Source of the DNA: an uncultured delta proteobacterium
GTDB lineage: Bacteria > Desulfobacterota > Binatia > UBA9968
Assembly: GCA_963745835.1 (NCBI GenBank)
Contig: CAVUZH010000008.1
Span: 128,001 to 192,000 of the forward strand
Direction: 5' to 3'
Length of the DNA stretch: 64,000 nt
The notes under the pieces are model-generated. The model did no database searches, had not been told where the DNA came from, and saw only the letters and a list, made by a program, of their open reading frames with translations. Within the stretch, counting starts at the first letter, position 1; each line of letters starts with the position of its first letter. The translations under genes and the position numbers were made by a program. Below are positions 9,030 through 19,463 of this stretch, piece after piece.

Positions 9030-9827
9030 ATGCCCTACAGCACCGCCAACGGTCTCAAAATCTACTACGAAGTCTCTGGCGAAGGATTTCCCTTCGTCAT
9101 GGTCCATGCCAATCCGTTCGATCATAACTTGTGGATGTATCAGATCGCGCACTTCTCGACCTATTTCAAAGTCATCGCCATCGATATCCGCGGTTACGGT
9201 CGTTCGGACAAGCCAAGCACACCATTCACACTAAAAGACATGGCCGACGATGTTCTTGGGGTGTGCCGCGATGAGAGCGTCACGGAAGCCATTCTGGGCG
9301 GCGTGAGTGTTGGCTCAGGAATGGCGCTTCTGCTTGGCCTGGATTATCCGGAACTGTTCAAGGCTCTGATCCTGGTCGGCGGCAGCAGTGGTCCCGGCGG
9401 CGCCATCGATGAGCGAATTCATGGTTATACAAAAATCGGCGTCGAGAAATACCACATTCAACACCTGAAGGAACTGGTCGCGCCGGATTTTCCCCAAACC
9501 AAACTCGGTAAATATCTGCTCAACACCTACGTCGAGAGGGATCCGTGGCTCTCCGGAGAATCCATCGCCCAGATCTTTCGCGCCCGTGGCGGGACCGACA
9601 TGACGCCGCGGCTCGGATCGATGAAGGTGCCGACATTGGTGATCAACGGTGAATACGACAACTCTCTCAAAGCCGGCCAACGCACCGCCTCGCTGATTCC
9701 GGGCGCCATGCACAGGATCTTGCCGAAGACCGGCCACGCCTGCTGCATCGAAGATCCAGCCGGCTTCGATGAGTTCGTCATTGAATTCTTGCGCGCCAAT
9801 CGTCTCCTGCCGAGTTCGCCGAGTTGA
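9030..9827 (+). CDS. alpha/beta fold hydrolase (enol-lactonase-like)
   Basis: DIRGYGRS, GVSVG nucleophile elbow, VPTLVINGEYD, GHACCIE. Confidence 0.88.
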   Translation: MPYSTANGLKIYYEVSGEGFPFVMVHANPFDHNLWMYQIAHFSTYFKVIAIDIRGYGRSDKPSTPFTLKDMADDVLGVCRDESVTEAILGGVSVGSGMALLLGLDYPELFKALILVGGSSGPGGAIDERIHGYTKIGVEKYHIQHLKELVAPDFPQTKLGKYLLNTYVERDPWLSGESIAQIFRARGGTDMTPRLGSMKVPTLVINGEYDNSLKAGQRTASLIPGAMHRILPKTGHACCIEDPAGFDEFVIEFLRANRLLPSSPS

Positions 9828-9884
9828 AAGAGCTCCACTGCGCTTCTCACCCCTGCGCTGCGCCTGAACGGCGAGAGGAGGAAC

Positions 9885-10440
9885 ATGACAATCAATATAG
9901 ATAAATTAAAGAGCATGAATCCTCCGCAGGGAATGGACTTTCGTATCGGTAAACTCGGTCATATCGTGCTGCAGGTCAGCGACCTGGAAAAATCCACCGC
10001 TTTTTACACCCAAGTGCTCGGCCTGAGAGTCTCCGATGTTTATCCCGAAACGATGATGCCTGGCGGGATGGTTTTCCTGCGCTGCAACCCGGACCATCAT
10101 TGCCTTGCGTTGGTCGGCGCCGGCGAGCGACAAGCGGCTAACCAAGAGCTCCATCACTTCGCCTTTGAAGTCCCGACACTCGCTGAAGTTATCCGTGCTC
10201 GTGATCGCTTGCGCGCCAATCACGTTCAGATCGATTTTGAGGGACGCCGCCGGGCCGGTTGCCAGATCGCCGTAGAGTTCCGCGATCCGGACAACCATTC
10301 GGTGGAAATCTACTGGGGCGTAGATCAAGTCGGCAGCGATGGTCGTGTCCGGCCGCAAAATGAATGGCATGGTGTGAAATCACTGGAGGAAGCTATCGCT
10401 CAATCCCGTCCCCGGTCAGGACACTCACCTTCCGAAATGA
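9885..10440 (+). CDS. VOC (glyoxalase/extradiol dioxygenase) family protein; frameshift near 10401
   Basis: KLGHIVL, DHHCLAL, LHHFAF, FRDPD. Removing one base restores EEAIANPVPG...K* (TGA 10438-10440), matching the paralog at 14517 (EEAVANPLPG). Confidence 0.85.
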
Positions 10441-11410
10441 GTTCCGCCTCTCCTTCTCTCGAGGATATAATAGGCGAATCTTCGCGCAGCCTGGTAATCG
10501 GCATCGGTGGTGGCGGCGATGTTGCCGGCGCATTGGCGACGGCCAGATTTCTCGAATTCTGCGGCCTGGAATTTGTCCTCGGCGGGCTTTCTTGGGAGCG
10601 CCGGGTTTTCGACCCGCTGCCGGGCCCGCGCATGCTGAGCGAAGTCGAGAATGTTCGCGCTCTGCATCAGTACGCATGGATGGCTAATCGCCGAGAGCCA
10701 GACCAAGACCGGCGTTTACTTCGCCGAGTCGAGGATGGCGGAATTTTTAGCGAAAGAAGTTTTACTCGTCGATATCAGCGGCGGCGTCCAAGGAGTCGTG
10801 GCGAGGGTTGGAGCGCGCTATCGAAGAACTGCAAACCGACCTGCTCGTCGGCCTGGATGTCGGCGGCGATTCCTTGGCACAAGGCACCGAACCGGGCTTG
10901 CGTAGCCCGTTAGCGGATTCCGTGATGCTGGCGAGCATTTGTCGAAGTTGGAGAAGCGCGGACTATCGCGTGTTTTGGGGAGTATTCGGCTATGGCAGCG
11001 ACGGCGAATTAACCGTCAACGAAATCGAAGCCGCGCTGAGCATATTGGCGAGCGCCGGTGGCTTGTTGGGCGCGTGGTCACTGACTCCCAAAACCGCAGC
11101 GGAGCTCGAAGAAGCGATCAAAACAGTTCCCACAGAAGCGAGCGCGATCCCAGTCCAGGGCTTCCGCGGCGCGTCGGGAGAAAGCAGAATTCGCGACGGC
11201 AGCAGACCCGTGAAGCTCACACCATTGAGCGCTCTAACCTTTTTCATTCGGCTACCAAACTGTTCGAAGCCCTTTCGCGCCCCGCTCAAGCAGTCTACGG
11301 CAGCTCCTCTCTCGATCAAGCAAACGACGCTTTGCATGCTATCGGCATCAAGACCGAGTTGGATTCCGAGCGGGAATACTACCAGACTCAGAAAGCTCTA
11401 GCGGATTTGA
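10437..11410 (+). CDS. DUF1152 domain protein, several frameshifts; 3' end approximate
   Basis: LVIGIGGGGDV, DVGGDSLA.G.E.GLRSPLAD, GYGSDGEL, TEAS pieces spread over consecutive frames; ATGA overlap with the VOC stop. Confidence 0.7.
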
Positions 11411-12655
11411 TGTTCAAAGAATTGCATCGCGATGTGGCCGTCCTCATGGCTTCACGCGGCGTCAGGGCCTTCGCTTTTTCTTATTTAAATGTGATTTTCG
11501 CAATCTACCTGACTCAACTAGGTTACTCGACAATAACGGTGGGGCTGGTGATTTCAACAGCGTATGCTAGTGGCGCCGTGCTGACGGCCTGTGGGGTTAT
11601 CTTTCGGACCGCTTCGGCCGCAAAAAGATTCTCATCCTGCTCGCCGCGCTAACGATTGTCTCCAATCTGATTTATCTTTTTTTCGATCACCTCTTTTTCA
11701 TTCTCCTCGCTGTCATCATCGCCAATGTCGGAGCTGGGGGAGCGGGTGCCGGCGGTCAAGGCGGAGGGCCTTTCAATCCGGTGGAGCAGGCCTTGCTGGC
11801 CGAGAAATGTACTGCGGCGAATCGCAACCGGATTTTCGCCACCAACTCTTTTGTCGGCTCGATTATGGGTGCGCTGGGCGCGCTTGTGAGCGGCCTCCCT
11901 GAATACCTGCAACAAAATCGGGGCTGGCCATCTGTGGCGTCATACAAGCCGCTCTTTGCATTGACGATCCTTTTCAGCATCGTGCTCATCTTCGCCTATT
12001 CCAGCATCAGCGAACAACATGTCTTTGTGCCGCGACAACGCGAACAGAAGTCGCGACGAAAAGAACCGGCGGGTTTGTCATGAAGATGTCTCTTTTGGGC
12101 ATGCTGGATAATCTGGGAGCCGGGTTGATCAGCCCATTGATCGCTTATTGGTTTTTCTTGCGTTACGGTGTCGAATTGAAATCGCTGGGACTGATGTTTT
12201 TTCTTTCTCACTTTGTCGCAGCGCTTTCTTTCCTGGCCGCTCCTGTGATCGCGCGCAAAATTGGCGTAGTTAAAACCATGGCGTTTTCTCACGGCGCCGC
12301 GTCTTTAATCTATCTGTTCGTGCCGTTTGCGCCCAACTTTACCGTGGCGGCGGCTTTGACGGTGTTTCGTTCGTTTCTGGCTTATATGGATAACCCGCTG
12401 CGCAGTTCCTTCATTATGGGCGTCGTCAGACCCGAAGATCGCGGCTCGGCGGCGGGGATCACCACCCTATCGCGCCATGTTCCCATGGCGGTAAGCCCGA
12501 CTTTGTCGGCGTACATAATGCAGGCATTTTCATTAAATGTGCCGATCTTCTTGGGCGGTTTTTTACAACTCTTTCATGACTGTGTTTTTTATTATCTGTT
12601 CCACGGCGTTAAACCGCCCGAGGAGCAGAATTCCGAACCGAGATCGGCGGCTTGA
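11410..12655 (+). CDS. MFS transporter (paralog 1), frameshifted
   Basis: MFKELHRDVAVLMASRGVRAFAFSYL, SDRFGRK, PFNPVEQALLAEK, ERG-type motif EDRGSAAG; pieces in ORFs 10939, 11781 and 12080. Confidence 0.8.
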
Positions 12656-13905
12656 TGAAATTTTTTCCAGATCTGCACCACGACGCCAAGCTGCTCATGG
12701 CATCGCGCGGTATCCGATCCTTCGCTTTTTCTTATTTAAACGTCGTGTTCGCCATCTATCTGGATCAGCTCGGCTATACCCCAGTGATGATCGGCATTAT
12801 CTTCTCTGTCGCTTACCTGGCCGGGGCGCTCCTGACTGCGGTATGGGGCTACCTATCGGACCGTTACGGGCGCCGCAAAATTCTAATGTTGTTAGCCGTG
12901 CTGACGATTATCTCCAATGGCATTTATATTTTTTTCAGCGGCCTGGTGTTTATCTTGCTGGCGGTCGTCATCGCCAATGTCGGCGCGGGCGGTTCCGGTG
13001 GCGGTGGTTCCGGCGGCGGACCGTTCAATCCGGTCGAAGAGGCGTTGCTCGCCGAAAAATGTAAGCCGGAGAACAGAAATCAGGTGTTTGCTCTGAACTC
13101 GTTTGTTGGCTCGATCATGGGCTCGGTCGGCGCCCTCGGCGCCGGCTTGCCGCAGTACCTGCAGGAGATCCGAGGCTGGACCACCGTGTCCTCCTACAAG
13201 CCGCTGTTCATGCTGACGATCATCTTCAGCGTTATCCTGCTCTATGTTTACAGCGCGATCGGGGAAGAGCATCAGCCGCATAGGACCGAAAAAAAAATCT
13301 CAAAGGCCACAGGTGTTTTCGTAACCAAAATGTCGCTGTTGTCGTTCGTCGATAATTTCGGCGCCGGTCTGGCCGGTTCATTGGTGTCATACTGGTTTTT
13401 CCTGCGTTATGGCGTGGAGTTGAAGTCTCTCGGCTTGTTGTTCTTTATCTCCTATTTTCTGGCGGCGTTGTCTTTTTTGAGCGCACCGATCATCGCGCGC
13501 TACATCGGGCTGGTTAAAACGATGGCGTTTTCCCATGGCCTGGCATCGATGATTTATCTTCTGATCCCGCTGGCCTCCACATTTAAGATCGCGGCGACCA
13601 TGCTTGCTGTGCGCTCTTATTTTGCCTACATGGACAACCCGCTGCGTTCCTCTTTTACTATGGCGATGGTGCGGTCGAGCGAGAGAGGTTCGGCGGCCGG
13701 AGTCACCAGCCTAGCGCGCATCGTTCCATTCGGCATCAGCCCGACGATCTCGACTTATCTGATGCAAAGCGTATCCCTGACTCTTCCGTTGTTCATCGGC
13801 GGCGGGTTACAATTGATCAACGATGTCGCCTTTTATCTGATGTTTCGCCACATCAGGCCGCCGGAGGAGATCCAGCAACCTGCCGTGGAAAGGAGTCCCG
13901 CGTGA
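12652..13905 (+). CDS. MFS transporter (paralog 2)
   Basis: GYLSDRYGRRKIL motif A; about 12 hydrophobic segments. Confidence 0.92.
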   Translation: MMKFFPDLHHDAKLLMASRGIRSFAFSYLNVVFAIYLDQLGYTPVMIGIIFSVAYLAGALLTAVWGYLSDRYGRRKILMLLAVLTIISNGIYIFFSGLVFILLAVVIANVGAGGSGGGGSGGGPFNPVEEALLAEKCKPENRNQVFALNSFVGSIMGSVGALGAGLPQYLQEIRGWTTVSSYKPLFMLTIIFSVILLYVYSAIGEEHQPHRTEKKISKATGVFVTKMSLLSFVDNFGAGLAGSLVSYWFFLRYGVELKSLGLLFFISYFLAALSFLSAPIIARYIGLVKTMAFSHGLASMIYLLIPLASTFKIAATMLAVRSYFAYMDNPLRSSFTMAMVRSSERGSAAGVTSLARIVPFGISPTISTYLMQSVSLTLPLFIGGGLQLINDVAFYLMFRHIRPPEEIQQPAVERSPA

Positions 13906-14273
13906 GTTACTTCTGGCGCCTCGCCGAAGAGCGGATAAAGGAAGCTCAACGGGCGGGCGCTTTCGACAATCTGCCAGGCAAGGGAAAACCGCTGGATCTC
14001 GAGGATCTGAGCTGGGTGCCCGAGGATTTGCGCATCGGCTATTTGGTTCTCAAGAACGCCCATGTGCTGCCGCCTGAAGCCCAACTGCTAAAAGACATCC
14101 ACACCATCGAAGATCTTTTGAAGCATGTAGAAGATGAAGGCGAGCGGCGCGCCCTGGCCAAGAGTATCCAGTTCAAGCTAATCCGCTTGGACATGCTCAA
14201 GCGGCGCTCCATGCCTTTGCGCTCGGTGCGAGACTACAGCCGAAAATTGGTCGACAAGCTACGCGCTAAGTAG
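13902..14273 (+). CDS. DUF1992 (DnaJ-associated) domain protein
   Basis: LAEERIKEAQRAGAFDNLPGKGKPL...LKNAHVLPP. Confidence 0.88.
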   Translation: MSYFWRLAEERIKEAQRAGAFDNLPGKGKPLDLEDLSWVPEDLRIGYLVLKNAHVLPPEAQLLKDIHTIEDLLKHVEDEGERRALAKSIQFKLIRLDMLKRRSMPLRSVRDYSRKLVDKLRAK

Positions 14274-14345
14274 GCGAAACGGGGGCCTGGCGGCGCTGCT
14301 TTTGGTTTTGCCTTGAATGTTCATCCATGATAGACAACGCTCAGT

Positions 14346-14497
14346 TAGCAGGCTGCTGAAAAATACCCATATGCTTCGTTGCGCTCAATCGCCTCGCTGC
14401 AACGTACTGTAAGTACGCCTCCGCTCGTCGATTTTCGCGCGCCTCGCCTCTGGATCTTTTTGAGCAGCCTGCGACCAGAGTTTTCAGCAGCATGCTA
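14346..14497. mobile_element. MITE-like element with 17-bp terminal inverted repeats
   Basis: TAGCAGGCTGCTGAAAA (14346-14362) and TTTTCAGCAGCATGCTA (14481-14497, 1 mismatch); internal third copy tttttgagcagcctgc; no transposase. Confidence 0.7.
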
Positions 14498-14516
14498 GAC
14501 TACGACAGGAGGACTT

Positions 14517-15026
14517 ATGGCGGACGAACAATCTCCAATCAAGATAAAAAAAATCGGCCATGTGGTTTACACGGTCAGCGACTTGGAACGGACCAGTAAA
14601 TTCTGGACTGAGATCATGGGCTTCAAATTCTCGGATCGTAATGAAACCGGCATGGTCTTCTTCCGCAATGCAACCGATCATCATACGGTTGCGTTGATGC
14701 AAGCCAAGGAAAACAGGCCGCTCCCGAAACGGGGCCAAGTGGGGTTCGATCATTTTGCTCTCGAGGTGGCCACCGTTTCAGAGCTCTTCAAAATTCGTGA
14801 TTTTCTCAAATCCAAGGGAGTGACCATCACATATGAGGGCCGCCGCGGACCGGGCGGAAATCCCGGGGTCGAATTTCTTGACCCTGACGGTTATCAAATC
14901 GAAATTTACGCTTCCATGGACCAGATTGGCGAAGACGGGAGAAGCCGTCCGGCAAACGAGTGGCGGCGCGCAACTACCCTGGAAGAGGCGGTTGCCAATC
15001 CATTACCGGGCGCCGAATATCGCTGA
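14517..15026 (+). CDS. VOC family protein
   Basis: KIGHVVY, DHHTVAL, FDHFALEV, FLDPDGYQIEIY; GGAGG RBS. Confidence 0.9.
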   Translation: MADEQSPIKIKKIGHVVYTVSDLERTSKFWTEIMGFKFSDRNETGMVFFRNATDHHTVALMQAKENRPLPKRGQVGFDHFALEVATVSELFKIRDFLKSKGVTITYEGRRGPGGNPGVEFLDPDGYQIEIYASMDQIGEDGRSRPANEWRRATTLEEAVANPLPGAEYR

Positions 15027-15199
15027 ATTTGCTCTCAAAAGATTGGCTCGTCTGGCCGGACTTGTTTCGGCCATCGACGCGTTAGTGATCTCCGGAGGTA
15101 TTTCGACAAAATCTGCGCCGACAATCCTCGCGCATGGCACGACGGAAACGATTGACAATTCGCGCCGAGACCAACACAGCAATTAGCTAGCCTCATTCT

Positions 15200-16276
15200 A
15201 TGATCTCAATCCGCCGTTTGCAGAAACGTTTCGACGTTAGCGACGGCGTCATCGCAGCCATCAGGTCTCTCGATCTTGAAATAGCGGAGGGTGAACTCTT
15301 CGTCATCGTCGGCGCCAGCGGCTCAGGAAAAACTACTCTACTGCGCTGCATTGCCGGCCTGGAAACCCCTGATGCCGGCGAAATCCGCATCGGCGACAGA
15401 GTCGTCTCCTCTGACAATCCTCCAACCTGGATCCCTCCTCAGCAGCGCAAGCTGGGCATGGTTTTTCAGTCCTACGCAGTCTGGCCGCACCTTTCCGTTT
15501 GCGAGAACATCGCGTTACCTCTGGCTGAGGGATCGCAGCGGATTCCTCGCCGCGAGGTCGCCCAACGGGTCAAGGAAGCTTTACGGCTGGTGCAATTGGA
15601 AGAACAAGCCGATCGACCCGCGACTTTGCTCAGCGGCGGGCAGCAACAGCGGGTCGCGTTGGCGCGTGCCATCGCGGTGAATTCACGGATCGTATTGATG
15701 GACGAGCCGCTAAGTAACTTGGATGCGCGGCTGCGAGAAGAAGTTCGCGGTAAAATCCGCGAGCTGGCAAAGCAGCTCGGCTCGACGATGCTCTACGTCA
15801 CCCACGACCAAATAGAGGCTATGGCGATCGCCGACAGGATTGCTCTCATGCAAGCCGGCGAACTTCTGCAAGTGGGCGCGCCCTTGGAAATCTATCACAA
15901 GCCCAGCTGCGCCGACGTAGCCGAGTTTTTCGGCTCGGTAAATTGGTTGGACGCTCAAGTGGTCGAATTTGGCGTAGCCGATTCGGCCATCGGCAAATTA
16001 AAAATCGAGAGCTCATCAAAGATCGGCGAAAAAGTGTTGCTGGGGTTTCGTCCCGAGTGTCTTTCGTTGTTCGATCCTGGCGCGCAACTCGACGGCAGTT
16101 CCTTCCGCGCCAAGATCGGTTCGAGCACGTTTCTTGGCGACCAATTTGTCTACACGGCGGTGGTAAACGGCCATCAACTGTTTGGAAAAAGCCGCACGGT
16201 TCCGGAAAGTTCCGGCGGCGCGACATTATGCCATGTGAATCCGTCCGATATCATGGTGTTTCCATCCCGAGTATAA
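15200..16276 (+). CDS. ABC transporter ATP-binding protein (Fe3+/polyamine type)
   Basis: GASGSGKT, LSGGQQQR, LMDEPLSNLD, YVTHDQ, C-terminal TOBE-like region. Confidence 0.93.
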   Translation: MISIRRLQKRFDVSDGVIAAIRSLDLEIAEGELFVIVGASGSGKTTLLRCIAGLETPDAGEIRIGDRVVSSDNPPTWIPPQQRKLGMVFQSYAVWPHLSVCENIALPLAEGSQRIPRREVAQRVKEALRLVQLEEQADRPATLLSGGQQQRVALARAIAVNSRIVLMDEPLSNLDARLREEVRGKIRELAKQLGSTMLYVTHDQIEAMAIADRIALMQAGELLQVGAPLEIYHKPSCADVAEFFGSVNWLDAQVVEFGVADSAIGKLKIESSSKIGEKVLLGFRPECLSLFDPGAQLDGSSFRAKIGSSTFLGDQFVYTAVVNGHQLFGKSRTVPESSGGATLCHVNPSDIMVFPSRV

Positions 16277-16324
16277 ACCCAGCATCAACTTGTTTTGTGA
16301 TCAATGTTAACCGAAGGAGGCTAT

Positions 16325-17428
16325 ATGATCGTGCACAAATCAATAGCGCGGCTCGCAACTTGGGCACTGACAGTGATGATGACTCTAGCCACCATGGCTG
16401 CGCTGGCTGAGGCCGAGACACTGGCCCAGATCATCGAGGGTGCCAAGAAGGAAGGCATGTTGCGCGGTCAATGGGGCCAAAACAGCTTTGGCGGGAGCGA
16501 GGGATTTAAAGAAATTCTTGCCGGCATGAACAAAAAGTACAAGCTTGACCTGAAAGGCCAGTACACGCCGGGCCCTGACATGCAGCGTTTGATGCTGCGC
16601 ATTATCCAGGAAAACGCCGCTGGCCAACCCGCCAGCACTGACGTCTATCTGGGCAACGCTCAAGCAATGTTCGATGGCTTGAAGTCGAACCTGCTAAAGC
16701 CCATGACTTATAACACCTTTATCGCAGACAAACCCAGTCCCGAAGGAAAATTCAACGCCATAGCCGCCGACGGCACCCATGTGGCGATCGCCACAGCCGT
16801 GGTCGGAATTCAGTACAATACCTCTCTGGTAAAAGGCGCCGACATTCCCCGGCGCCTCGAAGACGTCCTCAATCCGAAGTGGAAAGGCAAGATCGCTTCA
16901 ACTCCCTATGCTGCGGGCATGCGGGAATTTGCCACACCCGATTTTCTGGGGCGCGAAAAAATGATCGACTTCACCAGAAAATTATCCAAGCAGATTGGCG
17001 GCTTGATGCGATGCGGCGAGGCAGAGCGGATCACCAGCGGTGAATTCCTCATGTTGGCCTTCACCTGCGGCGGCAACGACGTCAATGTCTTGAAGCGCGC
17101 CGGCGCCCCTCTGGGTCACACGGTAATCGAGGAAGGCACCGTGCTGCACATGCGATACGCCGCCGTGCCGAAAAATTCCCGCTCGCCTAACGCCGGCGCG
17201 CTGCTGATCAACTATCTGATGAGCGCGGAAGGGCAAGAACTATTATGGAGGCATGATGGTTTGGACCTGCATCTATTTCCCGGCTCCCAGACCAAAAGAG
17301 AGCTCGAGACAGTCCGCGCCGCCAAAGGCAAGGTCATCATCAGCTCGCCTGAGTGGCTCGCCTCTTTTAAGAACTATGCGGAAACACAAAAGGAGCTGGA
17401 AGCGATTCTACGCGATGCCGGCAAGTAG
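16325..17428 (+). CDS. ABC transporter extracellular solute-binding protein (Fe3+/thiamine-like family)
   Basis: Signal peptide, EGAKKEG, YNT.LV, LNPKWKGKI, PNAGALLINYLMSAEGQ; GGAGG RBS. Confidence 0.87.
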   Translation: MIVHKSIARLATWALTVMMTLATMAALAEAETLAQIIEGAKKEGMLRGQWGQNSFGGSEGFKEILAGMNKKYKLDLKGQYTPGPDMQRLMLRIIQENAAGQPASTDVYLGNAQAMFDGLKSNLLKPMTYNTFIADKPSPEGKFNAIAADGTHVAIATAVVGIQYNTSLVKGADIPRRLEDVLNPKWKGKIASTPYAAGMREFATPDFLGREKMIDFTRKLSKQIGGLMRCGEAERITSGEFLMLAFTCGGNDVNVLKRAGAPLGHTVIEEGTVLHMRYAAVPKNSRSPNAGALLINYLMSAEGQELLWRHDGLDLHLFPGSQTKRELETVRAAKGKVIISSPEWLASFKNYAETQKELEAILRDAGK

Positions 17429-17589
17429 ACGAGCGCGGAATTTCGCTCAAGAGCGCACGGACTCTGTTCGAAAGTCGTTCCGTAGCATGTCGAGGCGAGT
17501 TTCACCATCCTTACTTTGCTTCTCAGGATGATATTGGCGGTGTAACGAAATATTCGTTTAAACAAGAGAGTTCGTTTTAGGCTACACAT

Positions 17590-19332
17590 ATGAAACAACT
17601 CTTATCGCGATTCGTCGCCGGCCTTGATCAAAGAGGTCAAACTTCCTCGGCTCTCTTGTCCATCGCCCTTGTGCCGATGGCGGCAATCCTGACGCTGGTG
17701 ATGGTAATGTTCTGGGTCAGCGTTCAGAAAGGCGCCGTCGGCACGCCCAGCGCGATCTACACACTCGGCAATTATATCGAGGTTTTCAGCGATCCTTTTG
17801 TGCTGCGTGTCGCCGCTAATACGATAATTTTCACAATCACCGCAACCGCGGTCGCGCTGATATTCGGCTTGCCGATCGCCTGGTTGGCGGAACGAAGCGA
17901 CCTTCCAGGCAAGACGCTGATCTACGGGATTATGACACTCGGGCTGCTGATTCCGGGCATCTATACGGCGATGGGATGGACGCTGATCGCCCATCCGCGC
18001 ATTGGGATTTTAAACCGCTGGCTCGTCGATATTTTCAGCCTGAATGACGCTCCGATCAATATCGCCACCCCCATCGGTATGGGTTTCGTGCAAGGATTGA
18101 GTCTCTCCGCGTTGGCGTTCATCCTGACCGCGCAGATGTTTCGCGCCATGAATCCAACTCTCGAGGAAGCGGCGCGCGTCCACGGAATGGGCTACGGTAA
18201 AATCCTTTGGCGCGTGACCCTACCCTTGGCCCGCCCGGGCATTTTGGCGGCCGTAATCTACATATTGACTATCGGGATCGCCACGTTTGACATTCCGGCG
18301 ATCCTCGGCTTGGGCAATCGAGTCTACATGCTCAGCACTTTTATCTATTTGAAAGTTCACCCGCAGGGCGCCGGCTTGCCCGAATACGGCATTACCGGAG
18401 TCGTCGGCGCGTTCATGATCATTGTCGCCGGCCTGCTCACTCTCTGGTACAGCCAGGTGCTACGGCAGGGTCATCGCTTCGAAGTCGTAACCGGAAAGGG
18501 ATACAAGCCGACGCTCTTGCCGCTTGGCAAGTGGTCCATCGCCGCGTGGTGCTTCATCGGCGCTTATACGTTGATGTCGAAGCTCCTGCCATTACTTTTA
18601 ATTACATACGCCGCTCTGACACCCTATTTCGTTCCGCCTTCGGTGGCGATGCTGGGAAACCTTTCGTTCAGCCATTTCTACGGCATGGATTGGGAACTGG
18701 TCACGCGCGGCTTGGCCAACACCGCGATTCTGGTAGCAGTGGTTCCAGTGGCGGTGTTGTTGCTGGCCTTTAGCATCTCATGGCTGATCGTGCGGTCGCG
18801 CAGCCGGGCACGTTACGCTCTCGAGTTTGGCGCGTTCCTACCTCATGCTCTGCCGGAGGTGATCCTCGCGATCGGCGCGTTGCTCCTGTCCTTGTTCGTT
18901 TTCGGCAACAGCATCCCGCTCTATGGCTCTGTCTGGCTGATCGCGGTGGTCTATGTCGTTGCCCGCCTCGCCTTTGCCACTCGCGCGCTCAACGGCTCGC
19001 TCTTGCAAATTCATCGGGAGCTCGAAGAGGCCGCTTTCGTTTCAGGTCTTTCCACCATCCGAACCGCTTGGCGCGTGCTATTTCCCTTAATTCGCCCTAC
19101 CCTGTTTTCGGTTTGGATCTGGTCCGCGCTGTTGGTGTATCGCGAGTTGACTGTGGCGGTTTTTCTCGCAGTACATGACAACATCACATTGCCTGCAGTC
19201 ATTTGGAGCTACTGGTACAGCGGCAGTATCAACAAGGCATCGGCCGTTACGTTGCTCATGACAGTGGTTCTTGCCCCGCTGATCCTGACGGCGTGGTGGT
19301 ACGGCCGGCGCAGTCAGATCTCCGCCCAGTAA
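17590..19332 (+). CDS. ABC transporter permease (FbpB-like, duplicated)
   Basis: Two EAA motifs: LEEAARVHG and LEEAAFVSG. Confidence 0.9.
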   Translation: MKQLLSRFVAGLDQRGQTSSALLSIALVPMAAILTLVMVMFWVSVQKGAVGTPSAIYTLGNYIEVFSDPFVLRVAANTIIFTITATAVALIFGLPIAWLAERSDLPGKTLIYGIMTLGLLIPGIYTAMGWTLIAHPRIGILNRWLVDIFSLNDAPINIATPIGMGFVQGLSLSALAFILTAQMFRAMNPTLEEAARVHGMGYGKILWRVTLPLARPGILAAVIYILTIGIATFDIPAILGLGNRVYMLSTFIYLKVHPQGAGLPEYGITGVVGAFMIIVAGLLTLWYSQVLRQGHRFEVVTGKGYKPTLLPLGKWSIAAWCFIGAYTLMSKLLPLLLITYAALTPYFVPPSVAMLGNLSFSHFYGMDWELVTRGLANTAILVAVVPVAVLLLAFSISWLIVRSRSRARYALEFGAFLPHALPEVILAIGALLLSLFVFGNSIPLYGSVWLIAVVYVVARLAFATRALNGSLLQIHRELEEAAFVSGLSTIRTAWRVLFPLIRPTLFSVWIWSALLVYRELTVAVFLAVHDNITLPAVIWSYWYSGSINKASAVTLLMTVVLAPLILTAWWYGRRSQISAQ

Positions 19333-19463
19333 GACGGCTAGAAGCCGAAAACATGAGCGAGGAAACCTGAACCTTGATTTTCAGGCAAGCTTGTTGTGCT
19401 TCTTACTTTCGACTTTTTATGCGATGAATTCTTTCGAGAGGGCAAAAATCAAAGGTGTCATTC

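Noticed and set aside
8898-9234. ORFs 8898..9152 (-) and 8950..9234 (+)
   Set aside because: Products of the 9-mer repeats (PTVPNVPAV, GTAGTFGTV) overlapping the real hydrolase gene
9885-11652. Apparent VOC-DUF1152 and DUF1152-MFS fusions in the ORF track
   Set aside because: One-base correction restores the VOC C-terminus seen in its paralog and an ATGA overlap; indel errors explain the joins
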